From contig JAFGJW010000005.1 in the NCBI GenBank assembly GCA_016928835.1, positions 37,815 to 101,814 of the forward strand: a stretch of 64,000 nt of DNA, given 5' to 3'. Source of the stretch: Candidatus Woesearchaeota archaeon (GTDB lineage Archaea > Nanobdellota > Nanobdellia > Woesearchaeales > GW2011-AR15). A model generated the notes under the pieces. It was not told where the DNA came from. It did not search any database and saw only the letters and a list, made by a program, of their open reading frames with translations. How positions within the stretch are numbered: position 1 is the first letter of the stretch; every line of letters starts with the position of its first letter. The translations under genes were made by a program, and so were the position numbers. This document shows positions 19,078 to 28,034 of the stretch, one piece after another.

Positions 19078-20142
19078 ATGATTGAAGAAGTAATCTCTGA
19101 TACACAATTGACTACTTTGGAAGATGTCTTGCAGGCAATTGCTGCTGAATTTACACAACCCCACGGAGAGAATATAGCAGCTGTAATCGGATACGGCTCT
19201 TTTTTTTATCAAGACCACGCTGCACAATTACCAGGGATTTTAACAAGGGATTTCTTTGACAAACGGCCTGATTTTATTGTTGTTTACAGAGACCCAAAAA
19301 CATTTTTTGAAGCTTTAGGGAAACAATTTGGCTGGGACGCTGAGACAATTGCTTTGCATGTTGAAGATGCTCGAGATAAGATGGCCTTTTATCTTCCAAC
19401 AACCAGGAAATACTACCCTGTGCAATTTAATGACAGGAGTGGTGTTGCACGCCTGCCGTTCAGAATTGGGGCAATAAGTCTTGATGAATTCCAAACAAGA
19501 ACTGCTCTAGAATCACAAGATATGTATATTAAGATGAGGTTAAGAGGGCTTATAAAACCAGTGAATATAAATCCGGATAGTGAGCAAGCTATTGATGGGG
19601 GAATATCAAATTCAAGAAGAAGATTTGTAGAGCTTGCTTTCCAAATATCTTCTGGGACCATTTCTGGGAGGGAGATATTTGCAAACTACATGTGGGCCAG
19701 TTATCTTATGGAAGCATGGAGATTTGAAACCTATAAGGCAGATTATCTGATAGGGAGAGCGGTTGGCGATTTGGATTTCAGAAGAAAGTTGTTTGGTGGG
19801 GCAGTTGCTCATATTCAGAAGTATGTGTCTGATAATGAGGTTCCTATAAGAATTGGAGGCTCATCAATTTCTCCACAAGACATAACCATAGATAATTTAT
19901 TTAATGTTGCTTTTGATTTGCCCTCTCTAAGTTTAGGGCAGAGATATAATCAACTCTTTTATTTTACTGGGCAAAATTTAGCCAGTCTGCGTCAGACCCT
20001 TACAATAAACCGTAAATACGTAAACTATACACCCCAATACGAAGAAGTTTCTTCAGGTGAAGGTAGAGAAATAATCGAGCCCCCTAAGGTGAGTAAATTA
20101 AAATATGTTGTCAGAAAGATAAGCAAAATTTTTAAGCATTAG
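19078..20142 (+). CDS. Nucleotidyltransferase-fold protein resembling Tam41 phosphatidate cytidylyltransferase
   Basis: AVIGYGS...PDFIVV, IGAISLDEF, MYIKMRL..IKPV, ASY..E..R.E..KA. Order and spacing match the remembered Tam41/Mmp37 motif series. Confidence 0.5.
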   Translation: MIEEVISDTQLTTLEDVLQAIAAEFTQPHGENIAAVIGYGSFFYQDHAAQLPGILTRDFFDKRPDFIVVYRDPKTFFEALGKQFGWDAETIALHVEDARDKMAFYLPTTRKYYPVQFNDRSGVARLPFRIGAISLDEFQTRTALESQDMYIKMRLRGLIKPVNINPDSEQAIDGGISNSRRRFVELAFQISSGTISGREIFANYMWASYLMEAWRFETYKADYLIGRAVGDLDFRRKLFGGAVAHIQKYVSDNEVPIRIGGSSISPQDITIDNLFNVAFDLPSLSLGQRYNQLFYFTGQNLASLRQTLTINRKYVNYTPQYEEVSSGEGREIIEPPKVSKLKYVVRKISKIFKH

Positions 20143-20230
20143 TTGTGCATATGCAAGAAAAAACCCTAAAATTTAATTTTTGCAGGTATTTTTAATTAAG
20201 TTCTTAAACCTCTTCTACATTCTAATAAAT

Positions 20231-20506
20231 ATGCGCAGAAGGGTCCATATTATTGTCTCAGGCACAGTCCAGGGTGTCTTTTACAGGTCAGAAACAAAAG
20301 AAAAGGCAACTGAACTTGGACTAGTTGGCTGGGTCAGAAATGCAAGTAAGGGTAATGTTGAAATAATAGCAGAAGGCCCAGAGGAAAATTTAAAGCAACT
20401 GATACAATGGTGCCGTCATGGCCCTCCCAATGCAGAAGTGGATGATATTGACATTGAATGGTTCGGTCCAGTTAATGACTTCAGTTCTTTTAAAATAAGA
20501 TGCTAA
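20231..20506 (+). CDS. acyP: Acylphosphatase
   Basis: SGTVQGVFYR, GWVRN, GPPNAEV. Start moved to ATG 20231. Confidence 0.95.
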   Translation: MRRRVHIIVSGTVQGVFYRSETKEKATELGLVGWVRNASKGNVEIIAEGPEENLKQLIQWCRHGPPNAEVDDIDIEWFGPVNDFSSFKIRC

Positions 20507-20608
20507 ACAAATACTTTACATAATCCATAGTATATTATCCTTTTTCAAAAAAAAATTCGAAAAGTATTAATACCTTTTCATCTGTATTGAGTAATTAGGT
20601 GATTAATC

Positions 20609-20968
20609 ATGAAAAAAGTGCTTGTTGTTGAAGACTCAATATACATTACCCGGGCAATCAAAATAATATTAGAGAAAGAAGGAATTTCTGTTTTAAGTAC
20701 AAGTGATGGCAGCAAGGTAGTTGAAATTGTTAGGAACAAAGGCATTGACCTTGTTATTTTGGATTTGATGATGCCTGGTGTTTCAGGAAAAGACGTCTTC
20801 AAAATGTTGAAAGCAGATCAAGATACAAAAAATGTGCCTGTTCTAATCCTTTCTGCAAGAATAGATTACTATTTAAACGATGAAGAACTAAAGACATGCG
20901 ATAAATTTATGACCAAGCCTTTTGATAATAAGGAGTTGGTGCAGGAAGTAAAAAAACTCATTGGATAA
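20609..20968 (+). CDS. Stand-alone response regulator receiver (CheY-like)
   Basis: VLVVEDS, ILDLMMP (phospho-Asp), LSA, TKPF. Confidence 0.93.
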   Translation: MKKVLVVEDSIYITRAIKIILEKEGISVLSTSDGSKVVEIVRNKGIDLVILDLMMPGVSGKDVFKMLKADQDTKNVPVLILSARIDYYLNDEELKTCDKFMTKPFDNKELVQEVKKLIG

Positions 20969-23336
20969 GTTGGACGATTTTGTTACATCTTTTGCAAAAA
21001 TGAATGGAAAGTCATCGCATCAAATTAAGAGTAGCCCCCACGAACTGGAAGACAAATTTCTAAGAATCTTCGAGTGCGCTCCAGATGGAATTATAATCGT
21101 AAACTTAAAAGGCAAGGTTGAACTATGCAATCAGGCTTTTATTGATTTGACAGGGTATTCAAAAAAAGATATTGTCGGCAGACATTTTTCAAAATTACCA
21201 ACAATAATAAGGCGAGATATTCTTAACTATGTCAGATTATTCAAATCTCTTATTAAAGGGAAGATAAAGAAACCTTTTGAATTTAAATGGAGAAGGAAGG
21301 ACGGGGCTATTCGTTTTGGTGAAATACGAATTAACCTGATTAAGAAAGATAAAAAGGTTATTGGGGTGCAAGCCTTTCTGAGAGACATTACTGAGAGAAA
21401 AAAAACAGAAGAAGAGCTGTTCAGTAGCAAGGAGAACTACAAGCTTTTGACAGAAGGGCTACAGGATGTAATATTTAGAGTCTCAACCAAAGGCGTGCTT
21501 GAATATATCAGCCCAGCAATTAAGGAATTCGGTGGCTACACCCCTGAAAAAGAAGTTGGTAACTTCATTGCAAAGTATTTTGCCACAAAAAAGGAGTTTT
21601 TGTATGCTTTGCAATTAATAAAAAAGATTACTATAGATAAAAAAAAGGCATCAATTCAATTCCTCTACAAATCAAAAAAAGGAGAACCCTTTTATGTAGA
21701 GGTTACTGCTAAACCTGTAATTAAAGGCGGGAAAGTGATTACCCTTCAGTGTGTAATGCGGGACATATCTGAGCACAAGAAATCTGAAGAAATGCTTAAA
21801 GAAAGCGAAGAGAGATACAGGACCCTGTTTCACACTGCAGGCGAAGTAGTAATACAAAGTGATCTGACAGGAAAAATCATTGATGTAAATAAGGCTGTTG
21901 AAGAATATGGCTTGCAAAGAGATGAACTTATTGGAAAAACACTCTTTTATTTCCTAACAAGAGAATCTTGGCCACAAGCCAAAAGAGATTTTCTTGAGCA
22001 ATTGAGAGGCAAGTCCACTGAAGGAGAAACACAGGTTAGAACTCCCGGAGGAGTCAAAACTGCTTATTATAAAGACAGTCCGATAATAAAAAACGGAAAG
22101 GTTGTCGGTGTTCTTACAATTATTCGAGACATAACAGAAAGAAAAAAAATTGAACTTAATCTGATGGAGAGTGAGAAGCGTTTTAGGGATATTTCAAATA
22201 GCATGGCAGATTGGATTTGGGAAGTTGATAAAAGTGGAAAATATACATTTGCATCAGGAAAAGTGAAACAAATTTTGGGCTATGCATCAGAAGAGCTGAT
22301 AGGGAAAAAGCCATTTGATTTCATGCCAAAAAGTGAAGCACAACGGGTCAAGGAGATATTCACCAGAATTGCAAAGGAAAAAGGACCTTTAATTGATATT
22401 GAAAATTGGAACTTGACAAAAAATGGAAAAAGGGTCTGCTTATTGACTAATGGGTTTCCAATTATAGATGATAAAGGAAGTCTGGTCGGTTATAGGGGTG
22501 TTGATAAAGATATCACTGAACGCAAGATGGCAGAAGAGGCACTTAAAAAGAAACACAGAGATTTGATGGAGAAAGAAAAAGAGATAATCTCAGTCAATAG
22601 ACAACTGGAGAAGCTTAACGAAGAGCTTATGCGCCAGGATACCCTGAAAGATACTTTTCTTTCAAATATCTCCCATGAATTGAGAACACCTTTGACCTCG
22701 ATACGCACATATAATCAATTGATCTATGATCAGGTTTTTGGCCCTATCAACAAAAAACAAAAGGAGAGTCTAAAAATAACTTTAGAAAGTGCAGATTATC
22801 TTACTGAGCTAATCAGTAACCTGTTAGAGATATCCAGATTCGAAGTAGGTAAGATGAAAATGCATTTTTCAAGAGAGAATATCATTGCGGTGGTAAATGA
22901 AGTAATCAAAGAGTTTCAGCCAAGAGTTGAGGAGATAAATGGTAACATATTGGTTCACAAAAAAAGATCATATATGTTGAACATTGACAAGACCAGAATA
23001 AAACAAGTCTATCGAAATGTAATTGAAAATTCAATCAAGTATAGAAGCAAAAGACCATTGCGGATTGAAATTAGGCACAGCAAGATAAAAAATTTTGTCA
23101 AAATTCAAATTAGAGACAATGGCATTGGAATATCAAAGCGTAATATTAAGCATTTGTTTAATAAATTCTATCAAGCTGAGCAAGCTATGACGGAAAAAAG
23201 GGGAGGCGTTGGTCTGGGATTATCAATTATAAAACATATTATTGAAGCGCACAAAGGTACAATTATGATTGACAGTAAACTAGGAAAAGGAACAACAGTC
23301 ACTATCTGCTTGCCCATTAAACAAAATAGGCAATAA
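20961..23336 (+). CDS. Cytoplasmic histidine kinase with four PAS domains
   Basis: Four PAS/PAC units ending RDITERK/RDISEHK/RDITERK/KDITERK. H-box SHELRTPL, N-box NVIENSIKY, DNGIG, GVGLGL. No TM. Start may instead be ATG 21000. Confidence 0.93.
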   Translation: MDKLDDFVTSFAKMNGKSSHQIKSSPHELEDKFLRIFECAPDGIIIVNLKGKVELCNQAFIDLTGYSKKDIVGRHFSKLPTIIRRDILNYVRLFKSLIKGKIKKPFEFKWRRKDGAIRFGEIRINLIKKDKKVIGVQAFLRDITERKKTEEELFSSKENYKLLTEGLQDVIFRVSTKGVLEYISPAIKEFGGYTPEKEVGNFIAKYFATKKEFLYALQLIKKITIDKKKASIQFLYKSKKGEPFYVEVTAKPVIKGGKVITLQCVMRDISEHKKSEEMLKESEERYRTLFHTAGEVVIQSDLTGKIIDVNKAVEEYGLQRDELIGKTLFYFLTRESWPQAKRDFLEQLRGKSTEGETQVRTPGGVKTAYYKDSPIIKNGKVVGVLTIIRDITERKKIELNLMESEKRFRDISNSMADWIWEVDKSGKYTFASGKVKQILGYASEELIGKKPFDFMPKSEAQRVKEIFTRIAKEKGPLIDIENWNLTKNGKRVCLLTNGFPIIDDKGSLVGYRGVDKDITERKMAEEALKKKHRDLMEKEKEIISVNRQLEKLNEELMRQDTLKDTFLSNISHELRTPLTSIRTYNQLIYDQVFGPINKKQKESLKITLESADYLTELISNLLEISRFEVGKMKMHFSRENIIAVVNEVIKEFQPRVEEINGNILVHKKRSYMLNIDKTRIKQVYRNVIENSIKYRSKRPLRIEIRHSKIKNFVKIQIRDNGIGISKRNIKHLFNKFYQAEQAMTEKRGGVGLGLSIIKHIIEAHKGTIMIDSKLGKGTTVTICLPIKQNRQ

Positions 23337-23355
23337 ATTATGGTTGGCTTAAAAA

Positions 23356-24378
23356 ATGAAAGAAGCTATGTTCTACGAAAAAAAAGAGAAAGATATTGTC
23401 CAGTGCACACTCTGTCCTCACAGCTGTATTATTAAACCAGACAACGTTGGTGTCTGCGGAGTAAGAAGAAACAAGGAGGGCATTCTTTATTCATTAGTGT
23501 ATGATAATATTGAGACAGTTCATATTGATCCAATAGAAAAAAAGCCGCTCTACCATTTTCTTCCAGGAACAAAGTCTCTATCACTTTGTACTGTTGGATG
23601 CAATTTCAGATGTGAATTCTGCCAGAACTCGACTATATCCCAGGTTACCAAGGATAAAGGATATAACATCGCGGGCGAGAAAGTAAAGCCAGAGGAAATT
23701 GTGGAACTTGCACAAAAGCGGAACTGCGACTCCATCTCTTATACCTATACTGAGCCAACAATATTTTATGAATTAGCTTATGATACTGCCAGAGTTGCAC
23801 ATGGAAAGGGCATTAAAAATGTTTTTGTCACAAACGGCTACATAAATGCAGAACCATTAAAAAAAATGCAGCCCTATTTGGATGCAGCAAATATTGACTT
23901 GAAATCCTTCTCAGATGACTTTTATGGGAAAGTCTGTGGTGCAAAACTCAAACCAGTTCTTGATTCAATTAAGGTCTACTATGAACTTGGGATTTGGATA
24001 GAGATTACAACATTAGTTGTACCTGGGCAGAATGACTCTGAAAAAGAACTTGGACAGATAGCCCAATTTATTGCAGGCATTGATAAAAACATACCGTGGC
24101 ATGTCTCCAGATTTCATCCTGACTATAAAATGTATGAGAGCTCAGCAACTCCAGTTGCGACAATCCATAAAGCAGTTGAGCTTGGCAAAAATGCAGGTCT
24201 CAATTATATCTATGTTGGCAATGTCTGGGGGGATGAACATGATAACACATATTGCCCAAATTGTCATAAGCTCCTGATCCGCAGACATGGGTTCAGCATA
24301 TTGCATAATAATATAAAAGGAGCAAAGTGTAGGCACTGCAATCACACTATCCCTGGGATTTTTTCAAAAAATATTTAA
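23356..24378 (+). CDS. amrS: AmmeMemoRadiSam-system radical SAM enzyme (PFL-activase-like)
   Basis: N-terminal CTLCPHSC, DPIEKKPLYHF, CNFRCEFCQN (CxxxCxxC), YTYTEPT, C-terminal CPNC...CRHC. Confidence 0.88.
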   Translation: MKEAMFYEKKEKDIVQCTLCPHSCIIKPDNVGVCGVRRNKEGILYSLVYDNIETVHIDPIEKKPLYHFLPGTKSLSLCTVGCNFRCEFCQNSTISQVTKDKGYNIAGEKVKPEEIVELAQKRNCDSISYTYTEPTIFYELAYDTARVAHGKGIKNVFVTNGYINAEPLKKMQPYLDAANIDLKSFSDDFYGKVCGAKLKPVLDSIKVYYELGIWIEITTLVVPGQNDSEKELGQIAQFIAGIDKNIPWHVSRFHPDYKMYESSATPVATIHKAVELGKNAGLNYIYVGNVWGDEHDNTYCPNCHKLLIRRHGFSILHNNIKGAKCRHCNHTIPGIFSKNI

Positions 24379-24401
24379 GCTATATCATATTAAACTTTCA
24401 G

Positions 24402-24851
24402 ATGGAAGAAGTAGCAAGAAAGGCGTTGATGTATGCTGTGTTCTTCATAGTGGGTCTCCTTCTTGTAATATCCGGCCTTCCTGAATTTGTGCACGAGCAG
24501 TCATTTGAGCTCACAAGAGCAGTGCTGTCTTCTGTTCAGCTGGCTTATGTCCGCGACCTCAAACCAACTATTGGGTTTATTGGACAATTGATTATGGCAT
24601 CCATACTCCTGCTGTTGCCAGGCTGTGTAATAGGCGGGCTATGGTTTGGCAAACTTGGATATGAGATTTTATTTGGGTATCTAAAAGCCACTGCTCTTTT
24701 TGCGCTTCCCCTTTTTGTAAACAAAGTAATTGCATTATTGTGTCTTGCTCTATGTATTTACGGGTTCTACGAGCAATACAAGATAATCAATAAAATACCT
24801 GTATTTATGGCTCCCAAACAAGAGGACAAAGAGATGCTGAAGTTCATATGA
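24402..24851 (+). CDS. Hypothetical membrane protein
   Basis: 149-aa ORF with about four hydrophobic segments. Confidence 0.6.
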   Translation: MEEVARKALMYAVFFIVGLLLVISGLPEFVHEQSFELTRAVLSSVQLAYVRDLKPTIGFIGQLIMASILLLLPGCVIGGLWFGKLGYEILFGYLKATALFALPLFVNKVIALLCLALCIYGFYEQYKIINKIPVFMAPKQEDKEMLKFI

Positions 24852-24890
24852 ACCAATAAACTCTTAAATCCTGCTTGTATTATTATTCTT

Positions 24891-26609
24891 ATGAAGAATC
24901 TTGAAATTGCTAAGATATTCTATGAAATCGCTGATATACTTGAGATACAGGGAATAGATTTTAAACCAAGGGCTTACAGAAAAGCTGCTAAAAATATTGA
25001 GTCTATGCCACAAGACATTGAGGAACTGCACAAAAAAAATAAGCTTGAGGAGATCCCGGGAGTTGGGGAGCACATTGCAAAAAAGATTGAAGAGATAATT
25101 GAGACAGGCAAATTAAAGTACTTGGAAAAAATAAGAAAGCAGGTACCAGGACATCTTAATGAATTGCTCAAGGTTCAAAGCATAGGTCCAAAGAAGGCTA
25201 AACAGCTCCATGACAAATTAGGAGTAACCACTCTTAAAGATTTAGAAGATGCTGCTAAATCAGGCAAGATTAGAAAATTAGATGGATTTGGGGAGACAAG
25301 TGAGCTGGATATACTTAAAGGTATTGAAATCTATAAAAAAGGCAAGGAAAGAATACCTCTTGGGTTTGCGCTTCCCATTGCTCGAGAATTGGAGCATATA
25401 CTTACGCAGTTGAAAGATACAAGCAAGGTTCTGGTTGCAGGTTCACTTAGAAGAAGAAAATCAACTATAGGCGACCTAGATGTCCTTGTTGCTTCTAAAC
25501 AGCCAGAAAAAATAATGGATTTTGTCACAGCAATGAAAAATGTTCAGAGAGTCCTATCAAGAGGAACAACAAAGTCCAGTGTAATACTTGAAAACGGAAT
25601 TCAAGTTGATTTGAGGGTAGTGCATGACTCTGATTTTGGAGCAGCATCACAGTACTTTACTGGCAGCAAGGAACATGGTATTAAAACCAGAATTATTGCA
25701 AATCAATTAGGGTACAAGCTAAGTGAGTATGGTTTATTTAATAAAAATAATAAGAAAGTGGCTGGAGAAACAGAAGAAGAAATTTACAAGAAACTTGGGA
25801 TGCAGTGTCCTGAGCCTGAGTTGAGGGAGGACAGGGGGGAGATTGAGCTTGCTCAAAAAAACAGGCTTCCAAAGATCATTCCTTATAATGCGGTAAAAGG
25901 AGATTTCCACGTACATAGCAATTACAGTGACGGCTCAGCAAGCATAGAGGAAGTTGCCAAAGAATGCATCAGGCTTGGTTATGAGTATGTTTGTATTGCA
26001 GACCATTCAAAATCAACTAGGATTGGCAATGGTTTAACAGAAGAGAGATTATTGAAAAAATGTAAAGAGATTGATCAGATAAATAAAAAATTAAAAAAAA
26101 TTAGGATATTAAGAGGAGCTGAAGTTGATATTCTGGCAAATGGAGAGCTTGATTATGATAATAAAATACTAAAACAATTGGATATTGTGATTATTGCAGT
26201 CCATTCAAAATTCAAGATGCCAAAAGAGGAGATGACAAACAGGATATTGAAAGCAATGGACAACACTTATGTTAACATACTAGCGCATCCGACAGGTGTT
26301 TATTATGGGATGCGCGAAGCATATGAGATTGATTTTCCAAGGATCTTTGAAAAAGCAGCAGAAAAGAATATCTGTTTAGAGATAAATTGTTCTGCACCGA
26401 GGATGGATCTCAGTGACATAAACATTAAGGCTGCAATTGACAATAATGTTAAACTGGCAATAGGTACAGACACTCATGCATTGGAGCAGTTGAAGACAAT
26501 GGAAATAGGTGTTGCCCAAGCAAGGAGAGGATGGGCTACTAAGAAAGATATTTTAAACACAAGAACATTGAAAGAATTAGGAAAATATTTTAATAAGATT
26601 ATAATTTAA
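24891..26609 (+). CDS. polX: DNA polymerase X with PHP domain
   Basis: RAYRKAA, HhH motifs, GSLRR..TIGDLD, QVDLR, YFTGSKEH. PHP motifs DFHVHS, DHS, AHP, GTDTH are intact. Confidence 0.95.
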   Translation: MKNLEIAKIFYEIADILEIQGIDFKPRAYRKAAKNIESMPQDIEELHKKNKLEEIPGVGEHIAKKIEEIIETGKLKYLEKIRKQVPGHLNELLKVQSIGPKKAKQLHDKLGVTTLKDLEDAAKSGKIRKLDGFGETSELDILKGIEIYKKGKERIPLGFALPIARELEHILTQLKDTSKVLVAGSLRRRKSTIGDLDVLVASKQPEKIMDFVTAMKNVQRVLSRGTTKSSVILENGIQVDLRVVHDSDFGAASQYFTGSKEHGIKTRIIANQLGYKLSEYGLFNKNNKKVAGETEEEIYKKLGMQCPEPELREDRGEIELAQKNRLPKIIPYNAVKGDFHVHSNYSDGSASIEEVAKECIRLGYEYVCIADHSKSTRIGNGLTEERLLKKCKEIDQINKKLKKIRILRGAEVDILANGELDYDNKILKQLDIVIIAVHSKFKMPKEEMTNRILKAMDNTYVNILAHPTGVYYGMREAYEIDFPRIFEKAAEKNICLEINCSAPRMDLSDINIKAAIDNNVKLAIGTDTHALEQLKTMEIGVAQARRGWATKKDILNTRTLKELGKYFNKIII

Positions 26610-26611
26610 TC

Positions 26612-26971
26612 TTACCTGTATCTCCTATGCTTCTCCTCCATCTCCACAAGTCTTGAAAACAACCTTTCAAAAGCAGTTCTTATTTCAGGTGATGTTAGTC
26701 TATATAGCCAGAGGTCAAGATATCCACCTGCTGTCCTTTCCTCACGTTGGAATATGTGAACTGCTGCTAAACTCATGTTTCCTTGGTAAATTGGGTGTGC
26801 AGTATGGACATAACAGCGGGTTTCTTCCACTCTTCTTGGTGCTAGATCAATATGAGGTATTGAATTACCATTGTACCTAACTAATCCTGCCTCTCCTGCG
26901 AGTTGTTCTAAACAATCAACAGCACGTCCGCTTATGAACATAGACCTATGATGGTAGTCTTGTGGATTCAT
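26612..26971 (-). CDS. Hypothetical protein
   Basis: 119-aa ATG ORF filling the gap, convergent with polX and preceded by a TATA-like element. No recognisable motif. Confidence 0.55.
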   Translation of the reverse strand: MNPQDYHHRSMFISGRAVDCLEQLAGEAGLVRYNGNSIPHIDLAPRRVEETRCYVHTAHPIYQGNMSLAAVHIFQREERTAGGYLDLWLYRLTSPEIRTAFERLFSRLVEMEEKHRRYR

Positions 26972-27066
26972 GGTTCCAGCAGGTCAATGTTGCTACTATT
27001 TAAAACTATCTTTTTTTTAGGTATTTCAAATAAAAATTATAAATAAGTTTTTACTTCCTTTCAAGT

Positions 27067-27480
27067 ATGCCAACAAAAGAAAAGTCAGCTGCTGCTGTTG
27101 TATTCTATGAAAAAAACAAAAAAAAAGAATTTTTGCTATTGCACTATTCCCTTGGACACTGGGGTTTCCCTAAAGGCCATATTGAAGAAGGGGAGACAGA
27201 AGAGCAGGCACTGTTAAGAGAGATAAAAGAAGAAACAGGGCTGAAAAAAGTTGAGATTATCCCTGGTTTCAAAGAGAAAACAGAATATTTCTATAGAAAT
27301 AAGAAAGAGCTAATACACAAAGAAGTTGTTTTTATGCTGGTAAAGTCCATGTCACAAAAAATTACACTGTCGTTCGAGCATATAGGATACAAATGGTTAG
27401 AGTATGAAGATGCAATAAATAAATTAACTTTTGAGAACACTAAAAATATGCTGGAAAAAGCATATCATTTCATAAATTAA
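27067..27480 (+). CDS. Nudix hydrolase (Ap4A hydrolase-like)
   Basis: HWGFPKGHIEEGETEEQALLREIKEETGL Nudix box, LSFEH..YKW. Confidence 0.92.
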   Translation: MPTKEKSAAAVVFYEKNKKKEFLLLHYSLGHWGFPKGHIEEGETEEQALLREIKEETGLKKVEIIPGFKEKTEYFYRNKKELIHKEVVFMLVKSMSQKITLSFEHIGYKWLEYEDAINKLTFENTKNMLEKAYHFIN

Positions 27481-27604
27481 TCACTTCTTCTTTTTCTATC
27501 ATACACCAGTAATACAAATACCTTACTTCTGTCATAATGGAAAGGTTTATATATTACATATATACATTATTTGTCATACGAGTATATTACTGCGTATAAA
27601 AATA

Positions 27605-27620
27605 TTTTAGTATACTAAAA
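27605..27620. promoter_or_regulatory. Perfect 16-bp palindrome immediately before the RHH start codon (putative operator)
   Basis: TTTTAGTATACTAAAA abuts ATG 27621. Confidence 0.5.
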
Positions 27621-27770
27621 ATGTCACAGAAGGTTTCAGTAGTCAATGTCCGACTTCCAGAAGATATAGTGGATTGGCTTGATTCTCTTGTTAAGAAAAA
27701 CATTTACAACAGCAGGTCAGAAGCAATAAGAGAGTTTACTCGGGACTATGTTCTTAAAAACAGGGAATAG
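27621..27770 (+). CDS. Ribbon-helix-helix protein (CopG/NikR/CdrS-like), 49 aa, absent from the ORF track
   Basis: MSQKVSVVNVRLPEDIVDWLDSLVKKNIYNSRSEAIREFTRDYVLKNRE*: RHH strand VNVRLP plus SRSEAIRE. Confidence 0.9.
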   Translation: MSQKVSVVNVRLPEDIVDWLDSLVKKNIYNSRSEAIREFTRDYVLKNRE

Positions 27771-27773
27771 CTA

Positions 27774-28034
27774 ATGACAGATAAAATAATCTCAGTTAGA
27801 ATGCCTGTTTCTCTAGTTGATGAGCTCAAGTCATTAGCAGAAAAAAACCATTTTCTTGATGTAAGCGAGGCCATAAGATCTCTTATTAGATACAAATGGC
27901 TCGAATTTCAGGATCCTTACAGTGCTCACCTAAAAGACATTAGAAAGAAGGTAACAAAACTTACTGTTCCTGCAGATGTAAATGCTTTGAAACAGGATTT
28001 AAAAAGGCTTATGGAGAGGCTAAATGAGATATAG
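27774..28034 (+). CDS. Second ribbon-helix-helix protein with C-terminal helical extension
   Basis: ISVRMPVSLVDELKSL...DVSEAIRSLIR. Confidence 0.85.
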   Translation: MTDKIISVRMPVSLVDELKSLAEKNHFLDVSEAIRSLIRYKWLEFQDPYSAHLKDIRKKVTKLTVPADVNALKQDLKRLMERLNEI

